The translations under genes and the position numbers were made by a program. This document shows positions 1 to 8,475 of a DNA stretch of 64,000 nucleotides, piece by piece (the stretch's first letter is position 1; each line of letters begins with the position of its first letter). The stretch is from IMG/VR virus record IMGVR_UViG_3300035694_000088; one strand, written 5' to 3'. This DNA comes from a virus. Below the pieces are notes generated by a model, which made no database searches, was not told the origin of the DNA, and saw nothing but the letters and a program-made list of their open reading frames with translations.

Positions 1-144
1 CTCCCCGCCGCCGTCGCTACCGAGATCGCACGCGGCTACCGCGAAATCGCCAAAGATCCCCACTTCGGCACCGCCCGCGACCTCGCCATCGCCGCCTACT
101 ACCAGTCCGTCGCCGACCGCAAACGCACCGCCGCGCCCGCCTGA
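1..144 (+). CDS. 3' end of hypothetical protein (partial)
   Basis: Open frame from base 1 (LPAAVATEIARGY...APA*) with high GC3, stop TGA at 142-144. Confidence 0.6.
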   Translation, partial: LPAAVATEIARGYREIAKDPHFGTARDLAIAAYYQSVADRKRTAAPA

Positions 145-180
145 CCACCCGACCGTTCCGGCACCCTGGAGACCCCCGAC

Positions 181-420
181 ATGGCCATGAACATCTACCA
201 CCTCACTCGCCGCGAGCCGATCGGCCGAGAAGAGAACGCCGCCCTCGTGCTCATCGCCGCCAGTGAGACCGCCGCCCGTCGTCGAGCTGCCCTACTGCGC
301 GGCACCGAGGACGAAGACGCTTGGCTCACCCGCGCCCACGTCGACCAGCTCGGCACCGCCACCTATCCGTGGACAGCGCACTCGCTGGACTTCGCTTGCA
401 TCGACTGCCTGGAGGGCTGA
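181..420 (+). CDS. hypothetical phage protein
   Basis: GGAG RBS, high GC3, first of a tightly packed small-gene operon. Confidence 0.7.
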   Translation: MAMNIYHLTRREPIGREENAALVLIAASETAARRRAALLRGTEDEDAWLTRAHVDQLGTATYPWTAHSLDFACIDCLEG

Positions 421-423
421 GCC

Positions 424-648
424 ATGAGCGCCGACGGTGAACTCCTCGCCACCATGATCCGGGCCAGCGACGGCCGAATCCCCCTTGATGTCCCCGACGA
501 CCAGCTCGATCTCATCGCCTACGACATCGCCGACACTCTCGACCGAGGCGAATACGGTCTCGACACCCTCGGCCAAGACGACATCCGGGCGGTCCTGCCC
601 GCGTTCCTCATCGCCTGCCTGGCCAACTCCGACGCCAACGAAATCTAG
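424..648 (+). CDS. acidic hypothetical protein
   Basis: GGAGG upstream, 3 nt after previous stop, high GC3. Confidence 0.7.
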   Translation: MSADGELLATMIRASDGRIPLDVPDDQLDLIAYDIADTLDRGEYGLDTLGQDDIRAVLPAFLIACLANSDANEI

Positions 649-658
649 GGAGGCGACC

Positions 659-970
659 ATGGTCGTAGTGAAAGAATCCCAATACCGGACCGTCGAATGG
701 CACGGTACCCTCACCGGCGCGGAACCCATCGACAAGCAATACAGCAACGGCACCTTCCGGCCCACCACCATCAGCGTCGTCTACGACTGGAAAGACGGTC
801 AATGGGTGGTGCGCCGCGTCGTCCTCGCCGGGCCCCAGGTAAAGAAGGACGGCACCGATAGTCGCTCCATGGCCAGTAGTGACTACTACGGGATCCACGA
901 AAAGTATTACGACGGCCCGGACTGGGCGCGCGACATCGCCCTGGAGCACACCCCAGCGTGCGTGGCGTGA
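659..970 (+). CDS. hypothetical protein
   Basis: GGGAGG RBS then ATG 659 (MVVVKESQY), in frame with track ORF 485..970. Confidence 0.7.
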   Translation: MVVVKESQYRTVEWHGTLTGAEPIDKQYSNGTFRPTTISVVYDWKDGQWVVRRVVLAGPQVKKDGTDSRSMASSDYYGIHEKYYDGPDWARDIALEHTPACVA

Positions 971-1479
971 TGGAATACACCGTCGACAAACACGGGCTCC
1001 CCACCTTCGAGTACTTCGGTGACCTAGCGGCCACCAACCAACTCACCCACGGTGGCATTCACGAAGCCTCCCACGCGCTCCTCGACAACCTCTTCGGTCA
1101 CCCCGTCGGGGACGCCCGGATCTGGCTCGTCGGTGAACACGTCGCCGGGTTCGTCTCCCTGAAAGAACACCCCCGCGACATCGACCCCGAAAGACTCCCC
1201 GGATGGCTCACCGCCTGTGTCGCCGGGCAAGTCGGTGAAGCCCACTGGATGTCCCTCTACAAGGGTGTGGCCTTCGATGAGGCCATGATCGACGTGGAAT
1301 CGCACGCTGGCGGGGACCTGGAGATGTTCCGCAAGTTCGGCGGCAAACGTCCCCCGATCACCCTCGCCCAGGCCCGCTTCCAGGCCCGCGCCCTCCTGCT
1401 GCCCCGCTGGGCGCTGGTCGAACGCCACGCGGCCACGCTCGTGCACAACGGCCGCATGGACGCGAGCAAGATCCAATGA
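970..1479 (+). CDS. stand-alone HExxH zinc metallopeptidase, M41/FtsH-protease-domain-like
   Basis: HEASH motif, GGD motif, C-terminal helix RWALVERHAATLVHNGRM; TGATG overlap with previous gene. Confidence 0.55.
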   Translation: MEYTVDKHGLPTFEYFGDLAATNQLTHGGIHEASHALLDNLFGHPVGDARIWLVGEHVAGFVSLKEHPRDIDPERLPGWLTACVAGQVGEAHWMSLYKGVAFDEAMIDVESHAGGDLEMFRKFGGKRPPITLAQARFQARALLLPRWALVERHAATLVHNGRMDASKIQ

Positions 1480-1550
1480 CCCGCTACCGCGTCGAGGTCG
1501 TCGAGGAGTCCGTCATCGACGCACCCGGCGCCCGCACTGAAATGAGGTGA
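1476..1550 (+). CDS. 24-aa micro-ORF (MTRYRVEVVEESVIDAPGARTEMR)
   Basis: ATGA overlap with upstream stop; below track cutoff. Confidence 0.35.
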   Translation: MTRYRVEVVEESVIDAPGARTEMR

Positions 1551-1555
1551 CAACC

Positions 1556-1687
1556 ATGTTCGGATCCGATGACCACGGAACCTACGAGAGCGGCATGACC
1601 GGCAGCACACAGGGGCTGTTCGACGATGACCAGGGCGCTTACGAGAGCGGTGTGGCTGAGGGCGAGCGGGGACTGTTCGAGGACTAG
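1556..1687 (+). CDS. 43-aa acidic peptide with two internal repeats
   Basis: GAGGTG RBS; MFGSDDHGTYESGMTGSTQGLFDDDQGAYESGVAEGERGLFED. Confidence 0.55.
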   Translation: MFGSDDHGTYESGMTGSTQGLFDDDQGAYESGVAEGERGLFED

Positions 1688-1794
1688 ACCAAGGTCCCCT
1701 CAGCGGGGACTGGTCGGGGGAACGATCGAAGGGAGGAGCCATGCGCCGAGGGGACTGGAACCCCCTCACCGAGCGGGACAGTGTCACTCACGAG

Positions 1795-1829
1795 AAGAAC
1801 CCCCAGCGTGACGCGGGCTGGGGGTTCTT
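1795..1829. terminator. bidirectional hairpin terminator
   Basis: AAGAACCCCCAGC-9nt-GCTGGGGGTTCTT perfect 13-bp stem between convergent units. Confidence 0.7.
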
Positions 1830-1866
1830 CCGTGCCGGAACACCGGGATCTTCAGGAGGGACAGAC

Positions 1867-2127
1867 CTAGAGGCCCATCCGGTTGCGTTTGGCGGGCTTG
1901 CGGGCACGCGGTACGGGGATGCCGACTTTGAGCGTCACCCACGCGCCCAGGCGTAGGCGTTCGGACGCGCCGCCGCAGCGCCAGCAGCGGTGGTAGTTGC
2001 CTTCCCTATCACCGGGTGGTCTGCCTTCGCAGGCGCCGCAGCGGGTCATGGGGTTGGCTTGGATCTTGACGAATCGCCACAGCAGCCACCCGAGTACCAC
2101 CAGGGTGATCAAGGTGCCGCCGCTCAC
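1867..2127 (-). CDS. small membrane-anchored CxxC..CxxC protein downstream of traB
   Basis: N-terminal TM, CGAC and CWRC; GGTGA RBS; this gene type is common next to traB in actinomycete transfer regions. Confidence 0.7.
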   Translation of the reverse strand: MSGGTLITLVVLGWLLWRFVKIQANPMTRCGACEGRPPGDREGNYHRCWRCGGASERLRLGAWVTLKVGIPVPRARKPAKRNRMGL

Positions 2128-2159
2128 GTTCCGTCACCGCCCTCACTGTGTGCTGTCGA

Positions 2160-2302
2160 GCTCTGGTCGCCGCTGTACGGGCCCGTACGCCGCTGGAGAG
2201 TTCTGGCCACCTCCGCGAGTATCCCTAAGGTCAGCGGGCCGCCAGAGGCCCAATTGGAGGGTTCTGGTCGGTTCTGGTGACCAGCGCTGACCAGAACCGA
2301 CC
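2160..2302. repeat. GTTCTGGT-like 8-mer repeats and inverted repeat; candidate clt locus
   Basis: GTTCTGGT at 2261 and 2271, inverted at 2290, variants at 2160 and 2200; 13-bp inverted repeat 2266-2278/2290-2302. Confidence 0.35.
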
Positions 2303-2303
2303 G

Positions 2304-4445
2304 CTACGCTGCGTCGCCACCGGTGGGCAGCCGGTACTGCTCCGGCACCCGCTCCAGCGTCGTCAGCTTGTAGAACTGCGACCCCGTCGCCACCGGCACA
2401 ATCGCCAACGCCTCCTGCGCCTCACGCCGCAGGTTGTGCGCCCACGTGTCCGACCGGTGGCACAAAGTGGCCAGCTTCGACACCCGCACCCCGTTGGATC
2501 CGGCCAACTGGAATGCCTTCCAAAACTCGGCCGTGGCCCGTTCCTTCGACCACTCCTCGTGCTCGGCGTTCCACGCGGCCTGTGCGGCAGCGAAGGTCGC
2601 CGCAGCGTCAGCCGTCCTGGGCCGCACCAAATCCATGATCGACATGCCTTGGTCTTCCGTCGTGTTCGTAGCCGCCATGACCTGCTCCTCTCCGTCATTC
2701 CCCACCGGATTCCCCGATGGAGTCCCCGCCTTATCCCCTACCGATTCCCCACCGGCAGTCCCCGCGCCAGTCCCCTCCGTCACCGGATCGACTCCCCCGT
2801 CGTCGGTCTCCTCAAGCTCGTCCTTCCACGCCTCGAAGTCGTCATCGGAGCGCGGCCGGATGTCATCCGGGGTCCAGATCTTGCGCGCCAAGTACTCCGC
2901 CCGACGGGTCGGCACACCCGCGCTGACCGCGTCCAGTGGGCACTTCCGTGTCCAATACGACTCGACGATCTCGAAGATCCCCGCCCGGTCGACGTTGCGG
3001 ACCCGCAACGGCAGCGCACTCATCGTCCCCATGTCGGACAGGAGGCACCATCCGGCGCCCTTGTCGCCGCCCGGCTTGTCCGGGAACGTCGCGTCGACCT
3101 CCAGGGCGTTGGGCAGGATCACGTGCTGGTGCGCTTTGCGTTCCACCCGGAAACAGAACCTCCGCAGAATGTTGGCCTGCACCTGGCTCGAACCGATCGC
3201 TTCCAGCGTCGGGTACTGGGTCGCGGCGCACAACAGAACACCGACACCGGCACCCATCCGGCCGATTTTCTCCACCATCTCCAGGGCCGCGAAGTTCTCC
3301 AGTTTCATGGCGAAGACCTCAGCGGCCTCATCCACATATAGAATGATCAACGGGTGTTTGCGGGACACCCGCCACACATCCCACCCGCGTTCACCCGCGT
3401 AATTCTCTCGGGCGATCATGACCGCGTTGAGCCATTCCAGCATCGCCGCCGTCTCATCGGCCGCCGCCGCGCCCCGACCGCACACCAGCCACTCGAACAT
3501 CGGCGCCCACGGCCGCAACGCCATACCGCCCTTAGCGTCGATGCCCAAACGCGCCACGTCATTGCAGTCAGCGGTCTCGGCGAGCATCAGGTGATACAGG
3601 CCCGACTTACCCGACCGGGTCGCCCCCGCCGCGAGTGTGTGCGTCCCACCGAAACCTTGCTTGTACCAGAAGACCTCGCACGGCTCCCCATCCTCGAACG
3701 GGCCGACGAGCATCGGGTCACAAATGGAACGCATGGTCGGCTCCGTGAACGGCACCGGCTCTTTCCGGGCAGCCGATTCGGTGTTCTCCGACAATCTGAC
3801 CCTATTGGAGTTGATGTTGTCGTTGCCGTCCTTGACGTCGAGGATCCGCAACTGGCCACGGGGTACGCCAAGCGTGGCTTCGATCTTCGCTTTGAGGCCC
3901 TTGATCTGCTCCGTGGTGTAATCCCCGTCATCCCACCACAAATCCCGGTACCGGCCGGTCGCTGTCCTCGTCCACACGGTGATCCGCGCCAGCGGGATAC
4001 CGATCTTCTTAGCTTTCGCTGGCCACATCTTCAGTTCGTTGTCGAGCTCGATGCGCTTACGCTCACGCTGGTCATTCCAGTAGCCCATGCCGAGCAGCAG
4101 AGTCGCCGACAACCACGCCACCGCGAATCCCAAAACGTGCTCGGCGGCCAGCGGTGTGTGCAGGGCACAAAACCACAGGACGCCCACGAAGATGATCATC
4201 CGGTAGTAGACCCGCTGCCCGTGCTTGAGCAGGCCAGCGGTCCACACGAACACCGCTAAGGCTGCCGCGCCGATAATGGCGACGGTCTCCCACCAAAACG
4301 GGACGAGTAGCGCGTCGAGCACACCGAACACGCCTAACGTCAACCCTACGGCGAAAGGGTTGAGCAGTAGACGGTGATCGTTGTACCAATCCCCCCAGGT
4401 TTGCTCTGAGGTGATTGCGGGGGCGTGCCCGACGCGCTTGCTCAC
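2304..4445 (-). CDS. traB: TraB-like FtsK/SpoIIIE conjugative dsDNA translocase
   Basis: N-terminal TMs, Walker A GATRSGKS, Walker B LYVDEAAE, ATQYP motif, C-terminal wHTH-like tail. Confidence 0.85.
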   Translation of the reverse strand: MSKRVGHAPAITSEQTWGDWYNDHRLLLNPFAVGLTLGVFGVLDALLVPFWWETVAIIGAAALAVFVWTAGLLKHGQRVYYRMIIFVGVLWFCALHTPLAAEHVLGFAVAWLSATLLLGMGYWNDQRERKRIELDNELKMWPAKAKKIGIPLARITVWTRTATGRYRDLWWDDGDYTTEQIKGLKAKIEATLGVPRGQLRILDVKDGNDNINSNRVRLSENTESAARKEPVPFTEPTMRSICDPMLVGPFEDGEPCEVFWYKQGFGGTHTLAAGATRSGKSGLYHLMLAETADCNDVARLGIDAKGGMALRPWAPMFEWLVCGRGAAAADETAAMLEWLNAVMIARENYAGERGWDVWRVSRKHPLIILYVDEAAEVFAMKLENFAALEMVEKIGRMGAGVGVLLCAATQYPTLEAIGSSQVQANILRRFCFRVERKAHQHVILPNALEVDATFPDKPGGDKGAGWCLLSDMGTMSALPLRVRNVDRAGIFEIVESYWTRKCPLDAVSAGVPTRRAEYLARKIWTPDDIRPRSDDDFEAWKDELEETDDGGVDPVTEGTGAGTAGGESVGDKAGTPSGNPVGNDGEEQVMAATNTTEDQGMSIMDLVRPRTADAAATFAAAQAAWNAEHEEWSKERATAEFWKAFQLAGSNGVRVSKLATLCHRSDTWAHNLRREAQEALAIVPVATGSQFYKLTTLERVPEQYRLPTGGDAA

Positions 4446-4457
4446 TAGACTCCTTTC

Positions 4458-5720
4458 TTAGCTTGCGAAGTAGCTGCGCTTCGGGGCGGGGGCGCCGCCC
4501 TGAAGGAACTGCTTCAGGGGCTCGTAGTACTGCTGAATGGCCACGCCGGTGGCGGTGAAGTAGGCCCCGGCTCCGGCGATCTGGTCAGCGGCCCCGTTGA
4601 GTTGCGCCACGCACGAGGGGTGGAAACCGATCGGGTGGCCCTCAGCGTCGGTGCCCATGTTGATCAGGCGGGCCTGAAATTCGCGGACGAACCCACCCAT
4701 GCCGACGCACATGTTGTTCATCGCGGCGAGCATTCCCATCATCTCGCCCTCGGTGTTGGGGATGTCCTGCGACCAGGCGGCCATCGCCTGGAGGACCGCT
4801 GCGGCGTGCTGACTGGACGCGCCACTTCCGGTGGCCGTCCCCGCGCCGTTACTGCTGCTACTGCCTTTACCAAAGGCCACTGGGGGCCTCCCTCCGTTGG
4901 TTGCTGCCGGGGTGCTGCTCGTGCTCGGTTGCGGTGTCGGGGCGGGGGTCGGGGTGACCGGCGCCTGCTGGTAGCGGGGATGGGTGTAGGGGGTGTTGCC
5001 GCAGTCGTGGGTGTCCCATTCGTCGCCGTGGACGGCGATGCCGCACGCCCCGCATTTCGCGCCGTTGCCCGCGAAGACGGAGTCGTAGCGCTGCACGGTG
5101 TCCCAGGCCCGCGCCGGGCGGGTCATGTTCTCCCGGCGCCACGCTTTGCGGTCCCACTTCCACTGTTTGATCGCCTCCCGGTGGTCGATGGGAGGGGCGG
5201 CCAGTTGCGCCGCCGCCGAGCTCGCGGCCGGGGCGGTCGCCGTCGGTCCCCCGTACCCGGCGCGGGCACGCCACTTATCCCGCGCGGCCTCGATGCGTTT
5301 GGTTTCCGCCGCGTCCGTGGGGCAGTGGTGGGTGCGGGCGGCTTCCGTGTTCAGGTTGGCGCCGCACCCGATGCACGCCACGGTGGCTTTGCCACCGCCA
5401 CTGTTGGCTTGCTGGTCGAACTTGCGTTGGGTGCGGCGTTCCCCCCAGGTCGGGTGGGCGCTGTGACGGTGTTCCTTGCGGGCCTGTTTGCGTTCCCGCG
5501 CCCGCTCCGCCTGGGCGAGCCCTTTGCGGTGCAGGCCCCGGACGCCCCGGGTGAGGGCGTACTTGTCGGCCCGCTTGCTGAGGTGGTAGCCGACCCACTC
5601 CAGTGCATTGGTGGGCTTTTTCTGCCCGCCTTTGGCCCACACCGAGCGGGGCGGTTTGCCTTTGGCTTTCGGCGCCGGATCCGGTTTGGGTTTCGGTGAC
5701 GACTTGGTCCGTGTGGCCAT
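4458..5720 (-). CDS. TraA-position protein; basic N-terminus, two CxxC..HxC zinc fingers, helical C-terminal domain
   Basis: CIGC..HHC and CGAC..HDC; coupled between spd-like gene and traB. Confidence 0.6.
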   Translation of the reverse strand: MATRTKSSPKPKPDPAPKAKGKPPRSVWAKGGQKKPTNALEWVGYHLSKRADKYALTRGVRGLHRKGLAQAERARERKQARKEHRHSAHPTWGERRTQRKFDQQANSGGGKATVACIGCGANLNTEAARTHHCPTDAAETKRIEAARDKWRARAGYGGPTATAPAASSAAAQLAAPPIDHREAIKQWKWDRKAWRRENMTRPARAWDTVQRYDSVFAGNGAKCGACGIAVHGDEWDTHDCGNTPYTHPRYQQAPVTPTPAPTPQPSTSSTPAATNGGRPPVAFGKGSSSSNGAGTATGSGASSQHAAAVLQAMAAWSQDIPNTEGEMMGMLAAMNNMCVGMGGFVREFQARLINMGTDAEGHPIGFHPSCVAQLNGAADQIAGAGAYFTATGVAIQQYYEPLKQFLQGGAPAPKRSYFAS

Positions 5721-6592
5721 TACGCCACCCCCCGCTCAGCTCTCAGAACGTGCTCGATGATCTCTGGGAGGAACTTCTTGCAGTAGCCCTTGCTGGCCCC
5801 GATAGCCGCATCAAGCTCGGCAGCGACGGTGGTCGTGATGTCACGCCCCGCGCGGTGCCGGATGACCAGCTCGGTGACCGCAGCGTCCCGCAGGGTCGGT
5901 TTCGCGGCGCGTTTCGCTTCGGGTCGTTTCGGGACGCTGTGCAGGTTCGGTTTGGTCAGCGCCGTGTTGACCAGCTCCACGCTGGCCGCTCGCTGACGTT
6001 CGGCGAGTTCAGTCGCGGCCCGTTGCGCGTTGGCGGTGCGGGTGGCGATGTCGGCGAGTTCCCGCTGGTGCGCCAGGTCGGCCGCCCGCGCGGTCTCTGC
6101 GGCGATTCGAGCGTTTCGGGCCGTCTCGGCCGCTTCAGTGTGGGCGAGACGCGCCGCGTACGCGGCGGCGGTGGCCTGCTCGGCGCGGGCATGCGCCAGG
6201 GAGTAGATGTGCCACAACCAGCCGCCCATGGCCACCGGCAGGGCCCCGATCAACGCCATGGCCTCCCAGGGCACAGCGGTCAGTGTTGCCGGGAGGGAGT
6301 GCTGCACAGCGGCGATGATGACCCCGAGCGTGAGACCCGCCCAGGACAGGATTTTCGCTTGGCGCCGAACATCAGTGTCGACGGCGCGCATGGCGATCCG
6401 ACTACTGGCCAGCATGATCCCCGAGGTGGAGATGGCGGGGATCCACGCGACGTAGAAGGGCACCCCGCAGGCTTTGGCGAGCAGGAACACGCTGGCCGCG
6501 TCCCAACCGAGTAGCGGCACGAGGGCGAGTAGGAGACCGCGCCGGGTCCAGGTGTCGAACAACTCGACCTCTGGGCGCTCGATCGTGGTCAT
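5720..6592 (-). CDS. Spd-like (DUF2637-type) membrane spread protein
   Basis: GGAGG RBS before MTTIERPE; four TMs then Ala-rich coiled coil and C-terminal helical domain. Confidence 0.65.
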   Translation of the reverse strand: MTTIERPEVELFDTWTRRGLLLALVPLLGWDAASVFLLAKACGVPFYVAWIPAISTSGIMLASSRIAMRAVDTDVRRQAKILSWAGLTLGVIIAAVQHSLPATLTAVPWEAMALIGALPVAMGGWLWHIYSLAHARAEQATAAAYAARLAHTEAAETARNARIAAETARAADLAHQRELADIATRTANAQRAATELAERQRAASVELVNTALTKPNLHSVPKRPEAKRAAKPTLRDAAVTELVIRHRAGRDITTTVAAELDAAIGASKGYCKKFLPEIIEHVLRAERGVA

Positions 6593-6684
6593 GTCGCCTC
6601 CGTTGGTAACGCCGGTCGGTCGAGGGGTGGTCACCCGGCCGACCGGCGCAGCTTGTGTTCCGACCACAATACACGCAGGTGTCC

Positions 6685-6718
6685 GGATAGGTGGACAGCC
6701 GGACAGGTCGGGTATGAT
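6685..6718 (+). promoter_or_regulatory. divergent tra/traR control region with candidate GntR operator
   Basis: GGATAGGTGGACA at 6685-6697 (also at 8469), TGTCCGG..CCGGACA inverted repeat, TATGAT at 6713. Confidence 0.45.
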
Positions 6719-6724
6719 GCGGCC

Positions 6725-7543
6725 GTGCCACTGACTGCGGATCACTTTCGGAGCGTCAACCGCTTCGACGCGGACACGCCCCTGCACCGGCAGGTCGCGC
6801 GGGTCATTCGCGACGCCATCGCCGACGGCACTCTGGTCCCTGACGAGAAGTTGCCCAGTGAGCACGACATGGCCGCCATGGCGGAGGTCTCTCGTAACAC
6901 GATGCGTGACGGGATTGACCACCTGGTCGCCGAGGGTTTGATCATCAAGCGGTCGGGTCTCCCGGCGCGAGTTGTGACCCCGCCACAAGTACGGCGCATG
7001 TCTACCGCCCGCTATCAGGAGGCGATGGACGAGCTACGCCGCACCGGGGGACACCACCCGGACTCGTCGGCGTTCACCACCGACCACGGGGTGGCGTGGC
7101 GAGAACACACCGTGCTGGCTTCCTACATCGAGGCCCCAGCGACCCCCGATGAGGCCAGACGCCTCGACCTTGCTCCGGGCGCGCTCGTGTTGCGCCGGGA
7201 GTTGACCAAACAAGTCAAGGGCGTCACGGTGCAGATGCAGGTCTCAGTGATGCCGCTGTCGATCGTGTCGGGCACGCCGGTCGCTGACCCGAACCGGCAA
7301 CCGTGGCCCGGTGGGGTGATCGCGGAGCTGTTCTCCCTGGGCCTGGAGGTGACCCGGGTGCTGGAGGAGGCGGGGGTGCGGCAACCGACGGCGCGGGAGC
7401 GTCAGGTGTTGCGGATGGACGCGGCCGGTCCGGTCGCGGAGATCACTCGCGTGTTCTACGTGCGGGGGCGTCCGGTGGAGTACTCGGTGGCGGTGATCGA
7501 GGCGATGGCCTATCGGCTCAGTTTCGACACGGCCATCCGGTGA
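6725..7543 (+). CDS. GntR/HutC-family repressor (TraR/KorSA-like) with UTRA domain
   Basis: wHTH LHRQVARVIRDAIADGTLVPDEKLPSEHDMAAMAEVSRNTMR; UTRA-like C-terminus; divergent from the tra operon. Confidence 0.9.
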   Translation: MPLTADHFRSVNRFDADTPLHRQVARVIRDAIADGTLVPDEKLPSEHDMAAMAEVSRNTMRDGIDHLVAEGLIIKRSGLPARVVTPPQVRRMSTARYQEAMDELRRTGGHHPDSSAFTTDHGVAWREHTVLASYIEAPATPDEARRLDLAPGALVLRRELTKQVKGVTVQMQVSVMPLSIVSGTPVADPNRQPWPGGVIAELFSLGLEVTRVLEEAGVRQPTARERQVLRMDAAGPVAEITRVFYVRGRPVEYSVAVIEAMAYRLSFDTAIR

Positions 7544-7806
7544 GTCACCCACAGTTGGATCCGGGTTATCTCACGACCCGGGTAGGCCCCGGGGGGCGGA
7601 TCGAGATCTTGCAAGCCGATCCTGTGGTGGAGTGCACGGAGCAGTTCCTGCGTCAGGTGACGCAAACGCCCACGGGGCAGTTGGGTCCACATGACGGCCT
7701 GTCCGTCACGATGGTCACCTTTGTGGGTGCGAATCGGGTGGTGACCTATCGGATCGGGGAGTACGACGCGGAGCGCGAGGTTTACACGCTGCGCTGGCCG
7801 GATTAG
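7540..7806 (+). CDS. hypothetical protein
   Basis: GTGA overlap with GntR stop; in frame with track ORF 7303..7806. Confidence 0.6.
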   Translation: MSHPQLDPGYLTTRVGPGGRIEILQADPVVECTEQFLRQVTQTPTGQLGPHDGLSVTMVTFVGANRVVTYRIGEYDAEREVYTLRWPD

Positions 7807-7815
7807 GCGTCCAGG

Positions 7816-7888
7816 TTCCCCCGTCAGGACTCGAACCTGAATATGCGGAACCAAAATCCGCCGCGTTGCCGGATTACGCCACGGGGGA
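7816..7888 (-). tRNA. trnQ: tRNA-Gln (TTG)
   Basis: TCCCCCG/CGGGGGA acceptor stem, GCGGA-TTTTGGT-TCCGC anticodon arm, TCAGG-TTCGAGT-CCTGA T arm; followed by CCT, not CCA. Confidence 0.9.
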
Positions 7889-7889
7889 G

Positions 7890-7962
7890 CTCCCTCGCTA
7901 GGACTCGAACCTAGACACCCCGGCACCAGACGCCGGTGGGCTACCAATTGCCCCACGAGGGA
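7890..7962 (-). tRNA. trnQ: tRNA-Gln (CTG)
   Basis: TCCCTCG/CGAGGGA acceptor stem, CCGGC-GTCTGGT-GCCGG anticodon arm, CTAGG-TTCGAGT-CCTAG T arm; no CCA. Confidence 0.88.
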
Positions 7963-7969
7963 TCGACGG

Positions 7970-8155
7970 CTAGAAGTCCTGACTGGTGCCTACGGTGCCG
8001 TCGGGACTGATGGTGTGCGTTTGGCCGTTGGTCTCGGGCGGGTTGGGGCAAAAACCGGGGGTGTCACCGCAGGCCAGTGCGGGGGTGGCGGTCGCGAGGG
8101 TAATGCTGATCGCGGCTGCGGCTGTGAGGATCGCGGCGGCGAGGGGTCGCTTCAT
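7970..8155 (-). CDS. small secreted Cys-pair peptide
   Basis: Signal peptide ending PALA, then CGDTPGFCPNPP; AAGGAAAGG RBS. Confidence 0.75.
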   Translation of the reverse strand: MKRPLAAAILTAAAAISITLATATPALACGDTPGFCPNPPETNGQTHTISPDGTVGTSQDF

Positions 8156-8184
8156 GGGGGGTCCTTTCCTTGGTGGTCGTTTGG

Positions 8185-8212
8185 TTATCGCTGGCGCGGG
8201 CGCGGGTGTTAC
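8185..8212 (-). promoter_or_regulatory. candidate ECF promoter GTAAC-N17-CGATAA
   Basis: Read directly on the minus strand, 30 nt upstream of 8155. Confidence 0.5.
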
Positions 8213-8454
8213 AGCCAGGGCAGTAGTCGTTCGCCTGCCCGGGCAGTGTCGCAGGCCGCTGTCTGGATCGCATTGCGCACGATCGCGGCGCTGCGTAGGG
8301 CTTGGAGGCTGCGGCTGTAACTGGGGTTGGTCGCTAGTGCGTTCAGGTGGGCTCGCCAGTTGTCCAGTTCTCGTTGCGCATCGTCGAGCAACGTCAGCGC
8401 GTCGGTCACGTCATCGCAATAGGTGCGGGTGCAGGGTTGGGCCATGCCGCCCAC
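8209..8454 (-). CDS. hypothetical helical protein
   Basis: Protein-like ORF divergent from 8538. Confidence 0.55.
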   Translation of the reverse strand: MGGMAQPCTRTYCDDVTDALTLLDDAQRELDNWRAHLNALATNPSYSRSLQALRSAAIVRNAIQTAACDTARAGERLLPWL

Positions 8455-8475
8455 GGTAGCACCTGTAGGGATAGG

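Noticed and set aside
1741-1956. ORF with a strong RBS (GGAGGAG)
   Set aside because: Runs through the terminator hairpin and overlaps the convergent 1867..2127 gene; no recognisable features.
2304-4445. TraB reinterpreted as a phage packaging ATPase or chromosomal FtsK
   Set aside because: N-terminal TMs, a single FtsK domain, a wHTH tail and the spd/GntR context fit plasmid-type TraB.
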